A DNA stretch of 64,000 bases from an uncultured Bacilli bacterium (GCA_934168325.1 CAKPNG010000002.1:11-64010), one strand, 5' to 3'. Positions 28,710 to 39,835 are shown, numbered from the stretch's first letter. Made by a program: numbers and translations. The notes: generated by a model not told the origin, from the letters alone.

Positions 28710-30044
28710 TTACATTCCTCCGATAACTTCATCATAACTTTTTCCAGCAATTAAACCATTAATTTGATTATTGATTTCAAGAGCAACACCAACGACAATG
28801 ATAAGACCAGTACCACCAATTGCAAGTGAAGCATTTTCTTTAAAGACAGTTAATGATAAGACAACTGGTAAAGCTGCAATAAACATTAAACTGATTGCAC
28901 CAATAAATGTTACACGATTTAATACTTTTTTAACGTAACGAGCAGTTTCATTTCCTGGTCTAATACCTGGAATATAACTTCCATTCTTTTGGAAATTTTC
29001 TGCCATTTGATCAGGATTAATTTGAAGATTAGCGTAGAAATAAGTAAATAATAATATTAATACGAGGTAGATGATTAATCCCCAAGGGACATAAACACTA
29101 CCAGTTTTATAAAGTTGGTTATATTGGAATATTTTAAGCCATTCTGCATTAGCAGCATCGCTAGAAATAAAACTTGCAATAACACTAGGTGCCATTAATA
29201 TGGAACTAGCAAAGATGACAGGAATAACACCAGCACTATTAATTTTGATAGGTAAGAAGCTAGCTTTACTCATCTTCTCACTACCACCACTTCTAGTAGC
29301 ATGTTGAACTGGAATCTTTCTTTTAGCAAGTTCAATATAGACAACAAATGCAACAATAGCTATTAAGCTAGCGACATATAATAAGAATTTAAATACGCCA
29401 CCCATTGCTTCCATACTGCCCATGTTCCAGCTATTTAAGACCCAGCTAGTGAAAGCAGTATAAATTTGTGTAGGTAAACTAGAAACGATACCAGCAAAGA
29501 TAATAATAGAAATACCATTACCAACGCCTTTTGATGTGATTTGGTCACCAAGCCACATAACAAGCATTGCTCCAGCTACCATGACAGTAACTACATATGC
29601 ATAATTTAGGAAATTCTCTTCAAATGTGAATGTTATCCAATCTGTATTTTTTGCAGTTTGAATAATACCATAAGCTTGTACAGCAGCAAGCATTAATGTT
29701 AAATAACGCGTTGCCATTTCAATTTTTTTACGGCCGTATTGACCTTGTTTATTTAATTCACTTAAAGCAGGAAGAACATCCATACTTAATAATTGAATAA
29801 TAATTTGAGCAGTGATGTAAGGTGAGACGCCTAATGCAAAAATTGAAAAATTCTGTAAAGCACCACCACCAAGTAAATTCATTAATGCGAAGACATTATT
29901 TGAAGAATCTAATGTATCTTTATTTACTTGGATTCCTGGAGCAGTGATAGCTGCCCCGATTCTAAAAACAAATAAAATCATGATCGTGAAGAATATACGA
30001 CCGACGACTTCTTTGTTTTTAAAAATCTGCACAAACTTTTTCAT
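28710..30044 (-). CDS. secY: Preprotein translocase subunit SecY
   Basis: 444 aa, polytopic, with LGVSPYITAQIIIQLL. Confidence 0.95.
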   Translation of the reverse strand: MKKFVQIFKNKEVVGRIFFTIMILFVFRIGAAITAPGIQVNKDTLDSSNNVFALMNLLGGGALQNFSIFALGVSPYITAQIIIQLLSMDVLPALSELNKQGQYGRKKIEMATRYLTLMLAAVQAYGIIQTAKNTDWITFTFEENFLNYAYVVTVMVAGAMLVMWLGDQITSKGVGNGISIIIFAGIVSSLPTQIYTAFTSWVLNSWNMGSMEAMGGVFKFLLYVASLIAIVAFVVYIELAKRKIPVQHATRSGGSEKMSKASFLPIKINSAGVIPVIFASSILMAPSVIASFISSDAANAEWLKIFQYNQLYKTGSVYVPWGLIIYLVLILLFTYFYANLQINPDQMAENFQKNGSYIPGIRPGNETARYVKKVLNRVTFIGAISLMFIAALPVVLSLTVFKENASLAIGGTGLIIVVGVALEINNQINGLIAGKSYDEVIGGM

Positions 30045-30068
30045 AATTATCTTTCAATAAAGAATATT

Positions 30069-30509
30069 TTATTCCAAAGTCTCAGCTTTTGCACCTGCTT
30101 TATTAATTTTTTCTAAAGCAGTTGCACTAAATTTATCAGCTTTGATAGTAATTTTCTTAGTTAATTCACCATTTCCTAATACTTTTAAGCCATCAAGTTC
30201 TTTTTTGATTAAATTTGCTTCGATTAATGCTGTCATATCAACAACAGCACCATCTTCAAATTTATTTAAATCTCCAACATTGATAGTAGCATATTCTAAT
30301 TTACTATAATGTTTGAAACCTCTTTTTGGAAGTCTTCTGAATAATGGAAGTTGGCCGCCTTCAAATCCGAGTCTGACACCACCGCCAGCTCTAGAATTTT
30401 GACCTTTATTACCAGATCCACCATTTTTTCCTAATCCGCTACCAAGACCACGGCAACGTCTAGTTTTTGCTTTTCTACTACCTTCAGTAGGTTTTAAATT
30501 ATTTAACAT
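30069..30509 (-). CDS. rplO: 50S ribosomal protein L15
   Basis: [19 protein letters not shown]. It overlaps the 3' end of rpsE by 11 nt. Confidence 0.95.
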   Translation of the reverse strand: MLNNLKPTEGSRKAKTRRCRGLGSGLGKNGGSGNKGQNSRAGGGVRLGFEGGQLPLFRRLPKRGFKHYSKLEYATINVGDLNKFEDGAVVDMTALIEANLIKKELDGLKVLGNGELTKKITIKADKFSATALEKINKAGAKAETLE

Positions 30510-31125
30510 CAGCTTTAACCTCCTCTTTACTTCTAAGAGCTTTAACAGCTTGATAATTCTTTAAATTACTTAAAGCATTATTTGTAGCTCTAATGACATT
30601 AATTGGGGTTCTTGAACCATAGACCTTACTATAAACGTTTTTAATACCAGTAAGTTCTAAGATAGCTCTAACAGCACCACCAGCGATAATTCCAGTACCT
30701 TCAGGAGCAGGTTTTAAGAATACTCTAGTAGCACCAAAAGTTCCGATGATTTCATGAGATATAGAACCAGCATTAACTAATTTAACAGTAAATGTGTTTC
30801 TTTTTGCTCTATCGACTGCTTTTTTGATTGCATCTGGGACTTCGCCAGATTTTCCAGTAGCAAAGCCATATTTTCCTTTGCCATTACCGATAACGACAAC
30901 AGCAGAGAATTTCATTCTTTTACCACCTTTAACAACTTTAGTAACACGATTTATAGCAACAACTCTTTCTTCGTATTCTTTTGGTTCAGCTTTTCTATCT
31001 TTACGTTGGAAATTTCTTTTTCCGTTTCTAAGGTTTCTTTTGCCAGCTTTTTCTTCTGTTGCAGCTGGAGCTTCTTTTACTTCTTGAGTAGCAGTTTCAT
31101 TTACTTTGTTTTCATTTTCTACCAT
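30499..31125 (-). CDS. rpsE: 30S ribosomal protein S5 (with N-terminal extension)
   Basis: [27 protein letters not shown]. Confidence 0.95.
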   Translation of the reverse strand: MVENENKVNETATQEVKEAPAATEEKAGKRNLRNGKRNFQRKDRKAEPKEYEERVVAINRVTKVVKGGKRMKFSAVVVIGNGKGKYGFATGKSGEVPDAIKKAVDRAKRNTFTVKLVNAGSISHEIIGTFGATRVFLKPAPEGTGIIAGGAVRAILELTGIKNVYSKVYGSRTPINVIRATNNALSNLKNYQAVKALRSKEEVKADVK

Positions 31126-31135
31126 AACGTTCTCC

Positions 31136-31492
31136 TTAGAAATTTAATCCGCCTTCACGAGCAGCTTCTGCTAAAGCTTTAACACGGCCGTGATAAACAT
31201 ATCCACCACGATCATAAACTACTGTAGTAATATTTAAAGCTAAACATTTTTTAGCAATATCTGCTCCAACGAGTTTAGCAGCTTCAATATTATTTCCTCT
31301 TTCAAGGTGTAATTGTTCACTACTACTACTTGTTAAAGTGACGCCTTTAGTATCATCGATAACTTGAACTTCGATGTTCTTATTTGAACGGTAAACACAA
31401 AGACGTGGAGTTAAACTAGTACCGCTAATTTTAGCACGAACTCTGAGGTGTTTTCTTCTTCTAATTGCACTTCTATCTATATTATTAATCAT
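31136..31492 (-). CDS. rplR: 50S ribosomal protein L18
   Basis: [15 protein letters not shown]...[24 protein letters not shown]. Confidence 0.95.
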   Translation of the reverse strand: MINNIDRSAIRRRKHLRVRAKISGTSLTPRLCVYRSNKNIEVQVIDDTKGVTLTSSSSEQLHLERGNNIEAAKLVGADIAKKCLALNITTVVYDRGGYVYHGRVKALAEAAREGGLNF

Positions 31493-31503
31493 AGCTAATC
31501 TCC

Positions 31504-32049
31504 TTACTTCTTACCAGCTCTCTTACCTTCTTTACGTAAGATATGTTCGCCTTTATATTTAATACCTTTACCACCATAAGGTTCTGGTTTACGAGTACTT
31601 CTAATTAAAGCAGCTGTTTGACCAACTTTGAATTTATCACTACCTGTAACACTAACGTGGTTAGCATCTTTGCAAGCAATTTTGACACCTTCTAAAGGAG
31701 TAATAACGTTTTCATGAGAATAACCGACATGAAGTACTAAATTATTGCCTCTCATTTCAGCACGGTAACCAATACCGACGATTTCGAGTTCTTTAGTAAA
31801 TCCATCATGGCATCCTGTTACAGCATTATTAATTAAAGCTCTAATTGTACCATGAAGTTGTTTTGTATGTTTTTCTTCATTATGACGAGTAACTTTAATG
31901 TGATTATCTTCGATAGCTACACTAATGATAGCTGGATCAAAATAAATTTTATCTTCTCCGTTTTTACCTTTGATATCAACACAATTATCGTTAATAGTAA
32001 CAGTTACTCCTTCAACCATAGGGATTAATTTTTTACCAATACGTGACAT
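31504..32049 (-). CDS. rplF: 50S ribosomal protein L6
   Basis: [17 protein letters not shown]...[11 protein letters not shown]. Confidence 0.95.
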   Translation of the reverse strand: MSRIGKKLIPMVEGVTVTINDNCVDIKGKNGEDKIYFDPAIISVAIEDNHIKVTRHNEEKHTKQLHGTIRALINNAVTGCHDGFTKELEIVGIGYRAEMRGNNLVLHVGYSHENVITPLEGVKIACKDANHVSVTGSDKFKVGQTAALIRSTRKPEPYGGKGIKYKGEHILRKEGKRAGKK

Positions 32050-32064
32050 TTTAATTACCCCCTA

Positions 32065-32460
32065 TTACCAAATGTAGCAGACAACTTCACCACCAACATG
32101 TAATTGTCTACATGCTTTATCGGTAAGAAGCCCTTTACTTGTTGAAATAATTGCAATACCAAGTCCTCTTAAGACACTTGGAATATGACGTGAATCAACT
32201 GTGACTCTAAGTCCTGGTTTAGAAACTCTTTTTAAACCAGTAATAACTCTAACATTATCTTCACCATATTTTAATGTGATAGTGAGAGTTTTTTTGCCAT
32301 CTTCTTCAACTTCTTTATAAGTTGTAATAAAACCTTCATCTAATAAGATTTTAGCGATAGCTACCTTCATTTTACTAGAAGGCATTGAAACGCTTTCATG
32401 ATGTGTAAGATTAGCATTTCTTATTCTTGTAAGCATATCTGCGATTGGATCTTGATGCAT
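32065..32460 (-). CDS. rpsH: 30S ribosomal protein S8
   Basis: [14 protein letters not shown]. Confidence 0.95.
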   Translation of the reverse strand: MHQDPIADMLTRIRNANLTHHESVSMPSSKMKVAIAKILLDEGFITTYKEVEEDGKKTLTITLKYGEDNVRVITGLKRVSKPGLRVTVDSRHIPSVLRGLGIAIISTSKGLLTDKACRQLHVGGEVVCYIW

Positions 32461-32478
32461 ATTTTTACCTCCTAATAA

Positions 32479-32664
32479 TTACCATGATGATTTCTTAAGT
32501 CCTGGAATTTCACCTTTATAAGCTAATTCTCTAAGACAAATTCTACAAAGTCCGAATTTTGAATAAACTGCGTGAGGACGACCACATCTTTTACAACGGG
32601 TATATTCTCTGACCTTAAATTTTTGTGGTCTTGATTGTTTGACTTTTAAACTTGTTTTTGCCAT
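32479..32664 (-). CDS. rpsN: 30S ribosomal protein S14, zinc-binding short type
   Basis: 61 aa: [38 protein letters not shown]. Confidence 0.95.
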   Translation of the reverse strand: MAKTSLKVKQSRPQKFKVREYTRCKRCGRPHAVYSKFGLCRICLRELAYKGEIPGLKKSSW

Positions 32665-32674
32665 AACGATCCTC

Positions 32675-33274
32675 CTATTTGCTAAATGGCATTCCTAACT
32701 CTTTTAATAGAGCGAAAGCCTCTTCATCAGTTTTAGCAGTAGTAACGATAACGATATCCATACCTCTTACTTTGCCAACTTTATCATAATCAATTTCAGG
32801 GAAAATTAATTGTTCTTTAACACCTAAAGTATAATTTCCTCTACCATCAAATGCATTCTTATTGATACCACGGAAATCTCTAACACGTGGGAGAGCAATT
32901 GAGACAAGTTTATCTAAGAATTCATACATTCTTACGCCACGGAGTGTAACTTTACAACCGATGGATTGACCTTCTCTTAATTTAAATGTAGCAATTGATT
33001 TTTTAGCTTTAGTAATAACAGGTTTTTGACCAGTAATTAAAGCAATTTCACTAACTGCTTCATCAAGTCTTTTGCTATCACTTGTAGCATCTCCAACACC
33101 GATGTTAACGACAATTTTCTCTAAGTGTGGAACTTCCATAACTGAAGAATATTCGAACTTTTTCATTAAAGTAGGAGTAATTTCCTTATGGTATTTTTCG
33201 AGTAATCTAGTTGTTGTAACTCTTTCTTTATGACCACCTTTTTTAGCGGTAACTACTTTCTTTTCGCTTGCCAT
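32675..33274 (-). CDS. rplE: 50S ribosomal protein L5
   Basis: [11 protein letters not shown]...[18 protein letters not shown]. Confidence 0.95.
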   Translation of the reverse strand: MASEKKVVTAKKGGHKERVTTTRLLEKYHKEITPTLMKKFEYSSVMEVPHLEKIVVNIGVGDATSDSKRLDEAVSEIALITGQKPVITKAKKSIATFKLREGQSIGCKVTLRGVRMYEFLDKLVSIALPRVRDFRGINKNAFDGRGNYTLGVKEQLIFPEIDYDKVGKVRGMDIVIVTTAKTDEEAFALLKELGMPFSK

Positions 33275-33285
33275 AAGTATCTCCT

Positions 33286-33600
33286 TTATTCTTTGATGAT
33301 GGTATCATTTGATTTCATAAATCTAACTTTTTTACCATCTTTATCAAATTTATAACCTAATTTTGTACCTTTCTTAGTTTTTGCATCGTAATACATAACA
33401 TTACTTGCATCAAATGGACAATACATTTCTAAGATAGATCCATTAGGATTTTGTTGAGTAGGTTTTTGATGTTTCTTATGTACGTTAACCCCTTCGACTA
33501 CTACTTTATTAAGTCTTGGGTAGACTCTCTGGATGACACCAACTTTACCTTTATCTTTGCCACTAATGACAATGACTTTATCACCTTTTTTAAGTTTCAT
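33286..33600 (-). CDS. rplX: 50S ribosomal protein L24
   Basis: [19 protein letters not shown]. The start at 33600 follows AAGGAGGA. The longer 33633 start overlaps rplN. Confidence 0.93.
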   Translation of the reverse strand: MKLKKGDKVIVISGKDKGKVGVIQRVYPRLNKVVVEGVNVHKKHQKPTQQNPNGSILEMYCPFDASNVMYYDAKTKKGTKLGYKFDKDGKKVRFMKSNDTIIKE

Positions 33601-33613
33601 ATCCAAATCCTCC

Positions 33614-33988
33614 TTATAAAACTTCGTTAGCAAGGGAGACGATTTTCATAAATGCCTCACCTTTTTCTCTTAATTCACGAGCAACAGGTCCAAAGACACG
33701 TGTACCAACTGGAGTTTTATCTTCGTTAATAATAACACATGCATTATCATCAAATCTGATAGTTGAACCATCTCTTCTTTGAATAGGATAAGATGTTCTA
33801 ACTATAACAGCTTTAACAACATCACTCTTTTTAACTTTACCATTAGGAATAGCATCTTTAACTGCGCAAAGAACTACATCACCAACGGAACATGATTTTC
33901 TATGACTACCACCATAGATTCTAAATACTCTAACACTACGTGCACCAGAGTTATCAGCGACTTTTAAATTTGTTTCTGTTTGTATCAT
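33614..33988 (-). CDS. rplN: 50S ribosomal protein L14
   Basis: [17 protein letters not shown]. Confidence 0.95.
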   Translation of the reverse strand: MIQTETNLKVADNSGARSVRVFRIYGGSHRKSCSVGDVVLCAVKDAIPNGKVKKSDVVKAVIVRTSYPIQRRDGSTIRFDDNACVIINEDKTPVGTRVFGPVARELREKGEAFMKIVSLANEVL

Positions 33989-33990
33989 AA

Positions 33991-34314
33991 CTATTTAGCC
34001 TCACTTTCTGGTTCTTCTTCGTGAAGTACTTTTTCTACTTCAGCTTCCTCAAGTACTTTGATTGATTCGAGTGCTTTCTTATCAATAGAAATGAGTTTAA
34101 ATCTTTTTGTTTTGGACATTGGTCTACATTCTTCGATTGTAACAATATCACCAACATTAGCTACATTTTCTTCATCATGTGCATAATATTTACTTCTGAA
34201 TTGAACTCTTTTCTTATACTTAGGATGTTTCTTATAAGATTCAACTTGGACAATAATTGTTTTTTCAGCTTTATTTCCAACAACACTTCCTTGAATACGT
34301 CTTCTATTATTCAT
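33991..34314 (-). CDS. rpsQ: 30S ribosomal protein S17 (with C-terminal acidic extension)
   Basis: [17 protein letters not shown]...[13 protein letters not shown]. Confidence 0.93.
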   Translation of the reverse strand: MNNRRRIQGSVVGNKAEKTIIVQVESYKKHPKYKKRVQFRSKYYAHDEENVANVGDIVTIEECRPMSKTKRFKLISIDKKALESIKVLEEAEVEKVLHEEEPESEAK

Positions 34315-34324
34315 AACTAACTCC

Positions 34325-34522
34325 TTATTTTACTCCAAGTTCTCTTTCTTTAAGAACTGTATAGATACGAGCAATATCTTTACGAACTGTTTTGATCATT
34401 GCTGGATTTTCTAATTGACCAACAGCTTTCTTTCTTCTTAAATTAAATAATTGTTCTTTTAAGGAGTAAATACGTTGATTTAATTCTTCTGTAGATAACT
34501 CTCTAACTTCGCTAATTTTCAT
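34325..34522 (-). CDS. rpmC: 50S ribosomal protein L29
   Basis: 65 aa: LKEQLFNLRRKKAVGQLENP. Confidence 0.93.
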   Translation of the reverse strand: MKISEVRELSTEELNQRIYSLKEQLFNLRRKKAVGQLENPAMIKTVRKDIARIYTVLKERELGVK

Positions 34523-34524
34523 AC

Positions 34525-34941
34525 TTATTTAACCTCCTCTTTTTTAATAATTCTAGTCTTGATTGGAAGTTTGTAAGCTGCCATTCTGAGAGCTTCAACA
34601 GCCATCTCTTCTGGAACTCCACCAATTTCAAATAAGACTCTATTCTTTTTAACAACTGCGACCCAGTATTCTGGATTACCTTTACCAGAACCCATACGAA
34701 CTTCAGCAGGTTTCTTTGTTTTTGCTAAGTGTGGGAAGATTCTGATCCAAATCTTACCTTGTCTTTTTGTATATCTACTTAAGACAACACGGCAAGCTTC
34801 AATTTGTCTATCACTAATATAATTGCCAGTAACAGCTTGGAGACCATATGTTCCAAAGCTAACTTCGTTTCCAGCTTTTGATAAACCTTCATATTTAATA
34901 ATATGAGGTCTTCTATATTTAACTCTTTTAGGTTGTAACAT
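34525..34941 (-). CDS. rplP: 50S ribosomal protein L16
   Basis: [11 protein letters not shown]...[16 protein letters not shown]. Confidence 0.95.
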   Translation of the reverse strand: MLQPKRVKYRRPHIIKYEGLSKAGNEVSFGTYGLQAVTGNYISDRQIEACRVVLSRYTKRQGKIWIRIFPHLAKTKKPAEVRMGSGKGNPEYWVAVVKKNRVLFEIGGVPEEMAVEALRMAAYKLPIKTRIIKKEEVK

Positions 34942-34942
34942 A

Positions 34943-35629
34943 CTATTCTCCTTTCTTATTAGAAGCTTTTACTTCTTTAGGATTAATTTCTTTTTCTCCA
35001 CGGCAGATCCAAACTTTGACACCAAGTTTACCATAAGTTGTCATAGCTTCACTGACTGCGTAATCGATATCACTCTTTAATGTATTGATAGCCATAGTTC
35101 CTTCTTTATAGCCTTCACTACGAGCGATATCAGCACCGGCTAAACGGCCACTAACTTCAGTTTTGCAACCTTTAGCACCACTTTTTCTAACTTGCATAAG
35201 AGCTTTCTTTTGAACGATTCTAAAGCTTGCTCTTTCTTCTAATTGTTTAGCAATTTGTAAGCCAACAATTCTTGCATCTAAGTTAGGTTGTTTAACTTCA
35301 ACAACATCAAGTTTAAGATTATCGTTTTTAATTAATTTAACTAAATCTTTCTTTAATGCATTGATATTTGCACCATCTTGTCCAATAACAACACCAGGTC
35401 TAGCAACGAAGATCATTACTGTGACGAGTTGTCCTTTATTAGTTTTCTTTCTTTCAATTTCGATATGTGATAAGAAAGCGTTTCTATCAAGATGTTTTTC
35501 AATATAATTTCTAATCTTATTATCTTCAATTAAGTAATTGGAGTAATCTTTATTGGAAGCAAACCATCTGCTATTCCAATTTTTATTAAGACCAATTCTC
35601 ATTCCTACTGGATTAACTTTTTGACCCAT
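34943..35629 (-). CDS. rpsC: 30S ribosomal protein S3
   Basis: [13 protein letters not shown]. Confidence 0.95.
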   Translation of the reverse strand: MGQKVNPVGMRIGLNKNWNSRWFASNKDYSNYLIEDNKIRNYIEKHLDRNAFLSHIEIERKKTNKGQLVTVMIFVARPGVVIGQDGANINALKKDLVKLIKNDNLKLDVVEVKQPNLDARIVGLQIAKQLEERASFRIVQKKALMQVRKSGAKGCKTEVSGRLAGADIARSEGYKEGTMAINTLKSDIDYAVSEAMTTYGKLGVKVWICRGEKEINPKEVKASNKKGE

Positions 35630-35639
35630 AACTTACTCC

Positions 35640-36233
35640 TTAATTTCTTTCCTTAACTGTGACATAGACATTAGCAAATCTTTTTACTAATCCGCTTGCA
35701 CTACCTTTTGCTCTAGGTAAATATCTCTTCATTTTGATTGAATCACTTGCCATGATTTCAGCAACATATAATTTGTCGCCATTCATATTGAAGTTATTTA
35801 CAGCATTTGCGTATGCACTTTTAATTACTTTAGCAACACTTGCAGCAGCTCTTTTATGAGTGTTATTTAATATATCAAGAGCAACATCAACATCTTTTCC
35901 TCTAACTAAATCAATAACGAGTCTAGCTTTACGAGGAGTAACTTTTACATTGAGTGCTTTTGCACTTGCTTCTGTTCTAAGAGCTTTTGGAGCTTCAGGA
36001 GCTTTTTTAGCTTTCTTAGTAGGAGCTTTCTTTTCTACTTTTTCTTCAGTAGGAGTTACAACTTCTTCTTTAGGCTCTTCTTTAGCAACTTTCTTAGCTG
36101 GAGCTTTTTTAGTTGTAGTAGCTTTTTTAGTAGTAGCTTTCTTAGCAGGAGCTTTTTCTTTTACTACTTTTTCTTCAGTAGAAGCAGCTTTTTTAGTTGT
36201 CTTTTTCTTTGTTTCAGTTTTTACTTCTTCCAT
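35640..36233 (-). CDS. rplV: 50S ribosomal protein L22 with an N-terminal K/A/T/E/P-rich extension of about 85 aa
   Basis: The core is VTPRKARLVIDLVRGK. SD AGGAGG precedes the ATG at 36233, and there is no internal Met before the core. Confidence 0.93.
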   Translation of the reverse strand: MEEVKTETKKKTTKKAASTEEKVVKEKAPAKKATTKKATTTKKAPAKKVAKEEPKEEVVTPTEEKVEKKAPTKKAKKAPEAPKALRTEASAKALNVKVTPRKARLVIDLVRGKDVDVALDILNNTHKRAAASVAKVIKSAYANAVNNFNMNGDKLYVAEIMASDSIKMKRYLPRAKGSASGLVKRFANVYVTVKERN

Positions 36234-36247
36234 AATCTAGCCTCCTA

Positions 36248-36559
36248 TTACTTCTTTTTGACTCCAGCAGCAGCCATTGCTGCAGCTTTATCTTCAGCAT
36301 TATTACCGAAGTGGCCTTTATAAGTTCTTGTTGGAGCAAATTCTCCTAACTTATGTCCGACCATATCTTCTGTAACGAATACTGTAATAAATGCATGACC
36401 ATTATAAACAGCAAAGGTGTGTTCAACAAATGATGGGAAAATTGTACTTCTTCTGGACCAAGTTTTAATAACTTCTTTTTTGCCACTAGCATTTAAAGCT
36501 TCGACTTTTTTCATCAAACTTTCATCGACGAATGGTCCTTTTTTTAAACTACGTGCCAT
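36248..36559 (-). CDS. rpsS: 30S ribosomal protein S19
   Basis: [12 protein letters not shown]...[15 protein letters not shown]. Confidence 0.95.
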   Translation of the reverse strand: MARSLKKGPFVDESLMKKVEALNASGKKEVIKTWSRRSTIFPSFVEHTFAVYNGHAFITVFVTEDMVGHKLGEFAPTRTYKGHFGNNAEDKAAAMAAAGVKKK

Positions 36560-36574
36560 TTTATTTCTCCTTTA

Positions 36575-37408
36575 CTATTTACCATTTCTTCTTCTTACAA
36601 TTAATTTTGTAGAAGCTTTTTTATTCTTACGTGTCTTAACACCAAGAGCTCTCTTACCCCATGGAGTACGTGGAGCATCACGGCCGACAGGACACTTACC
36701 TTCACCACCACCGTGTGGGTGATCAGTTGGGTTCATTGCGCTACCTCTAACAGTAGGACGTGTACCAAGCCATCTTGTTTTACCAGCTTTACCAAGGTTT
36801 ACTAAGCTATAATCTTCATTACCGACAATACCGATTGTAGCTTTACAAGCACCAAGGATTTTTCTCATTTCGCCAGATTGAAGTCTAACGATAACGTATT
36901 TTCCTTCTTTACCTAAGATTTGAGCACTACATCCAGCACTTCTACAAAGTTGACCACCTTTTTTAGGAGTTAATTCAACATTGTGAATGAATGTACCTTC
37001 AGGAATATTTGCTAATAACATAGCATTTCCTGTAACGACATCAGTGATATCACCACTTACGATTTTATCACCAACTTTGAGTCCTTTAGGTTGAATGATG
37101 TAACGTTTTTCACCATCAACATAATGAATTAAAGCGATATTTGCGTTTCTATTTGGATCGTATTCAATTGCGAATACTTTTCCAACTACTCCATCCTTGT
37201 CACGTTTGAAATCGATAATACGGTATTTTCTTTTATTTCCACCACCGATATGACGAGTAGTGATAACACCTTGGTTATTTCTACCGCCGGATTTCTTTAA
37301 AGTAACAAGTAAACTTTTTTCAGGAGTAGATTTTGTAATCTCCTCGTTAGAGATTGTAGTCATTGCTCTACGAGAAGGAGTATATGGTTTATAATTTTTT
37401 ATTGGCAT
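36575..37408 (-). CDS. rplB: 50S ribosomal protein L2
   Basis: [15 protein letters not shown] and [13 protein letters not shown]. Confidence 0.95.
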   Translation of the reverse strand: MPIKNYKPYTPSRRAMTTISNEEITKSTPEKSLLVTLKKSGGRNNQGVITTRHIGGGNKRKYRIIDFKRDKDGVVGKVFAIEYDPNRNANIALIHYVDGEKRYIIQPKGLKVGDKIVSGDITDVVTGNAMLLANIPEGTFIHNVELTPKKGGQLCRSAGCSAQILGKEGKYVIVRLQSGEMRKILGACKATIGIVGNEDYSLVNLGKAGKTRWLGTRPTVRGSAMNPTDHPHGGGEGKCPVGRDAPRTPWGKRALGVKTRKNKKASTKLIVRRRNGK

Positions 37409-37433
37409 AATAATCTCCTATATATAAGTTTAT

Positions 37434-37778
37434 TTATTCTTTGAATAAATCAATTGCTTCGCCACTAGCTATAGTAACGATAGCTTTTTTAAATCCGCTA
37501 ATTGTACCTTTATGTCTTGTACCACGTGTAACTTCTTTACTAGGAACGTTTACAACACTGACACCTTTAACATGAACTTGGTAAATTCTTTCAACTGCGT
37601 TTTTAATAGCAACTTTATTTGCATTACCTTTAACAATAAATGTAGCTTTATTTTGTTCTTGAGATAATGACATACTCTTTTCAGTTATAAGAGGTTCAAT
37701 AATAACATCGAAGTCACTGAGAGTAGCCTTTGCTTTAGAAAGAATTACTTCTTCTTTCTTTTCAACTTTCTTAGCCAT
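37434..37778 (-). CDS. rplW: 50S ribosomal protein L23
   Basis: The position between rplD and rplB, plus IIEPLITEKS...KATFIV. Confidence 0.9.
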   Translation of the reverse strand: MAKKVEKKEEVILSKAKATLSDFDVIIEPLITEKSMSLSQEQNKATFIVKGNANKVAIKNAVERIYQVHVKGVSVVNVPSKEVTRGTRHKGTISGFKKAIVTIASGEAIDLFKE

Positions 37779-38404
37779 TATTTAAGTTCCTCCTCAATTT
37801 TATTAACGTCATCCTTATTTAATATAAGAGCGTGAGTATTTAATAAATCATAAACTGAGATATTGCTATTTGCTCTTAATGTAAGATTTGCGACGTTATT
37901 ACTTGCTCTTAATACTAAATCGTCATCACTAACAAGTAATACCTTCTTGTTTTCTAATTTAAGTGCTTTTAATAAAGCAACAATTTCTTTTGTTTGTCCA
38001 TTAACTTTTAAGCCATCAACAACATAAATGTTTTTGTGTCCTAAGTTTGCTAATGCACTCTTAAGAGCTAAATCGTGTTCTTTCTTGTTTTGTTTAATTT
38101 TGAAGTTTTGAGTTCCTTTAGGACCGAAGACGTTTCCGCCACCAACCCAGATTGGAGAACGTGTACTTCCTGCACGAGCTCTACCTGTTCCTTTTTGTCT
38201 AAATGGTTTTTTACCACCGCCACTAACTTCTGCTCTTGTTTTTGTTTTAGCAGTTGCTTGACGTGAATTAGCCATATAAACGTTAACAGCATCAAACATT
38301 ACTTGTTCGTTAACTTCTCCACCAAATACTGAAGCGCTAACGCTTATAGTTGAAGTAGCTTCACCGTTTTGGCTATAGACATTTAATTTTACTTTCTTAT
38401 CCAT
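37778..38404 (-). CDS. rplD: 50S ribosomal protein L4
   Basis: SGGGKKPFRQKGTGRARAGS. Confidence 0.95.
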   Translation of the reverse strand: MDKKVKLNVYSQNGEATSTISVSASVFGGEVNEQVMFDAVNVYMANSRQATAKTKTRAEVSGGGKKPFRQKGTGRARAGSTRSPIWVGGGNVFGPKGTQNFKIKQNKKEHDLALKSALANLGHKNIYVVDGLKVNGQTKEIVALLKALKLENKKVLLVSDDDLVLRASNNVANLTLRANSNISVYDLLNTHALILNKDDVNKIEEELK

Positions 38405-38420
38405 AATTTACTCCTTTCAA

Positions 38421-39116
38421 CTATTTAGCTTCTTCTTGTTTAGGAGTTCTGTCGATTAAAGTCTTAATTGCAGGTTCATGACCTGATTGAGCTTTAACAG
38501 CACTTCTAATCATAACAATGCTCTTTTTTGGTCCTGGAATTCCACCAGATACTAATATGTAACCTTTTTCTGCATCAGCTTTAACAATTCTTTGATTTAA
38601 GACAGTTGCGCTTTGGTTACCCATGTGTCCAGCCATCTTTTTGCCTGGGATAACACGGTTATTGCAACGACCATTATTAGCGAATGATCCTTGTCCTCTA
38701 TGGTAACCACTACCATGACCTTTAGGTCCTATAGTGTGTCCCCATCTTTTAATGACACCAGCATAACCTCTACCTTTGCTTGTTCCGATTACATCTACGA
38801 CATCGCCAGTATTGAATAAATCAGCTTTGATTTCATTACCGACTTCGAATTTCATCATTTCGTCGCCTTTTAATTCATAAAGGCCAGCTTTTGTAGCAAC
38901 ACCTGCTTTTTTATAAATTCCTTTTAAAGCATTTGTTACTGATTTTTCTTTTTTATCTTCGTAACCGACTTGGATAGCTTCATAGCCATCTTTTTCAATG
39001 CTCTTTTTAAGTGTTACAACATTAGGTAAGACTTCTACAACTGTAACTGCATACATTGTTCCATCTTCTGCGTATACTTGGGTCATTCCCATTTTACGAC
39101 CGATGATACTTTTCAT
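38421..39116 (-). CDS. rplC: 50S ribosomal protein L3
   Basis: IIGRKMGMTQV...GKGYAGVIKRW. Confidence 0.95.
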   Translation of the reverse strand: MKSIIGRKMGMTQVYAEDGTMYAVTVVEVLPNVVTLKKSIEKDGYEAIQVGYEDKKEKSVTNALKGIYKKAGVATKAGLYELKGDEMMKFEVGNEIKADLFNTGDVVDVIGTSKGRGYAGVIKRWGHTIGPKGHGSGYHRGQGSFANNGRCNNRVIPGKKMAGHMGNQSATVLNQRIVKADAEKGYILVSGGIPGPKKSIVMIRSAVKAQSGHEPAIKTLIDRTPKQEEAK

Positions 39117-39130
39117 TGCTCTTACCTCCC

Positions 39131-39442
39131 TTATAACTTAATATCAATATCAACACCGCTTGGAAGATCTAATCTTTTTAAAGCTTCGATTGTATCATTT
39201 GTTGGATGAGTGATATCGATGATTCTCTTATGTGTTCTAATTTCGAATTGTTCACGAGAATCTTTGTATTTGTGAACAGCTCTTAAGATTGTGTAGACTT
39301 GTTTTTCCGTTGGAAGTGGAATTGGTCCGACTACACCTGCACCAGTCTTAGTAATTGCGCCAACAATCTTTTCAACTGCAAAGTCTAATACTTTGTGGTC
39401 ATAAGCTTGGAGACGAACTCTAATCTTTTTTACTTTTGCCAT
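39131..39442 (-). CDS. rpsJ: 30S ribosomal protein S10
   Basis: [14 protein letters not shown]...THKRIIDI. Confidence 0.95.
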   Translation of the reverse strand: MAKVKKIRVRLQAYDHKVLDFAVEKIVGAITKTGAGVVGPIPLPTEKQVYTILRAVHKYKDSREQFEIRTHKRIIDITHPTNDTIEALKRLDLPSGVDIDIKL

Positions 39443-39568
39443 GAATTTCTCCTTTCATTTTTTAAACAGGCTCAATTTTGCTCCTTGTAAGTTACCTGAT
39501 CACCATTCATGACAACGCCTGTTGGTGTATCAGCAATCTTCCAAATCAATGCAAACGCCAGTGAGTAA

Positions 39569-39597
39569 ATAATACAATTATATATATAATATGTCAA
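39569..39597 (-). promoter_or_regulatory. Sigma-70-type promoter of the S10 operon (TTGACA-17 nt-TATTAT)
   Basis: On the minus strand, TTGACA is the reverse complement of 39592-39597, followed by a 17-nt spacer and TATTAT (reverse complement of 39569-39574). It lies about 125 nt upstream of the rpsJ ATG. Confidence 0.6.
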
Positions 39598-39835
39598 ATA
39601 CTTTTTTAACTATTTTTTAACTTATTTTATCGATGCTTTTTTAGACTAATTTTTAATAAAAATCGATAAAATTTTTGAGTTTTTTGCCTTGTTAATTCTA
39701 ACTATTTTAAAGTTAAATTTCAATGCATTTTATTGTAAAGTTTTACTTTGAATAAACATTTTTAAATGACAAAAAATTAATGGGATCTTTACAGATCAAG
39801 CAAAACGTGATCTAATAGATTGAGAGGGTTAAAAT

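Noticed and set aside
35970-36233. K/A-rich segment as a separate histone-like gene upstream of rplV
   Set aside because: It is in frame with the L22 core, with no stop, no internal Met and no internal SD, so it is treated as an N-terminal extension of L22.
30794-38295. ORFs that overlap ribosomal protein genes: antisense 30794..31087, 35860..36240, 36417..36722 and 38075..38266, and same-strand 38068..38295
   Set aside because: They overlap strongly conserved genes (rpsE, rplV, rpsS/rplB, rplD). Their sequences are mirror images of K/A-rich or G-rich coding and they have no independent translation signals.
39625-39671. 10-nt inverted repeat TTTTATCGAT ... ATCGATAAAA in the AIPR/S10 intergenic region
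   Set aside because: The arms are short, AT-rich and 27 nt apart, which could easily arise by chance in this base composition. There is no supporting context, so it is not reported as a regulatory site.
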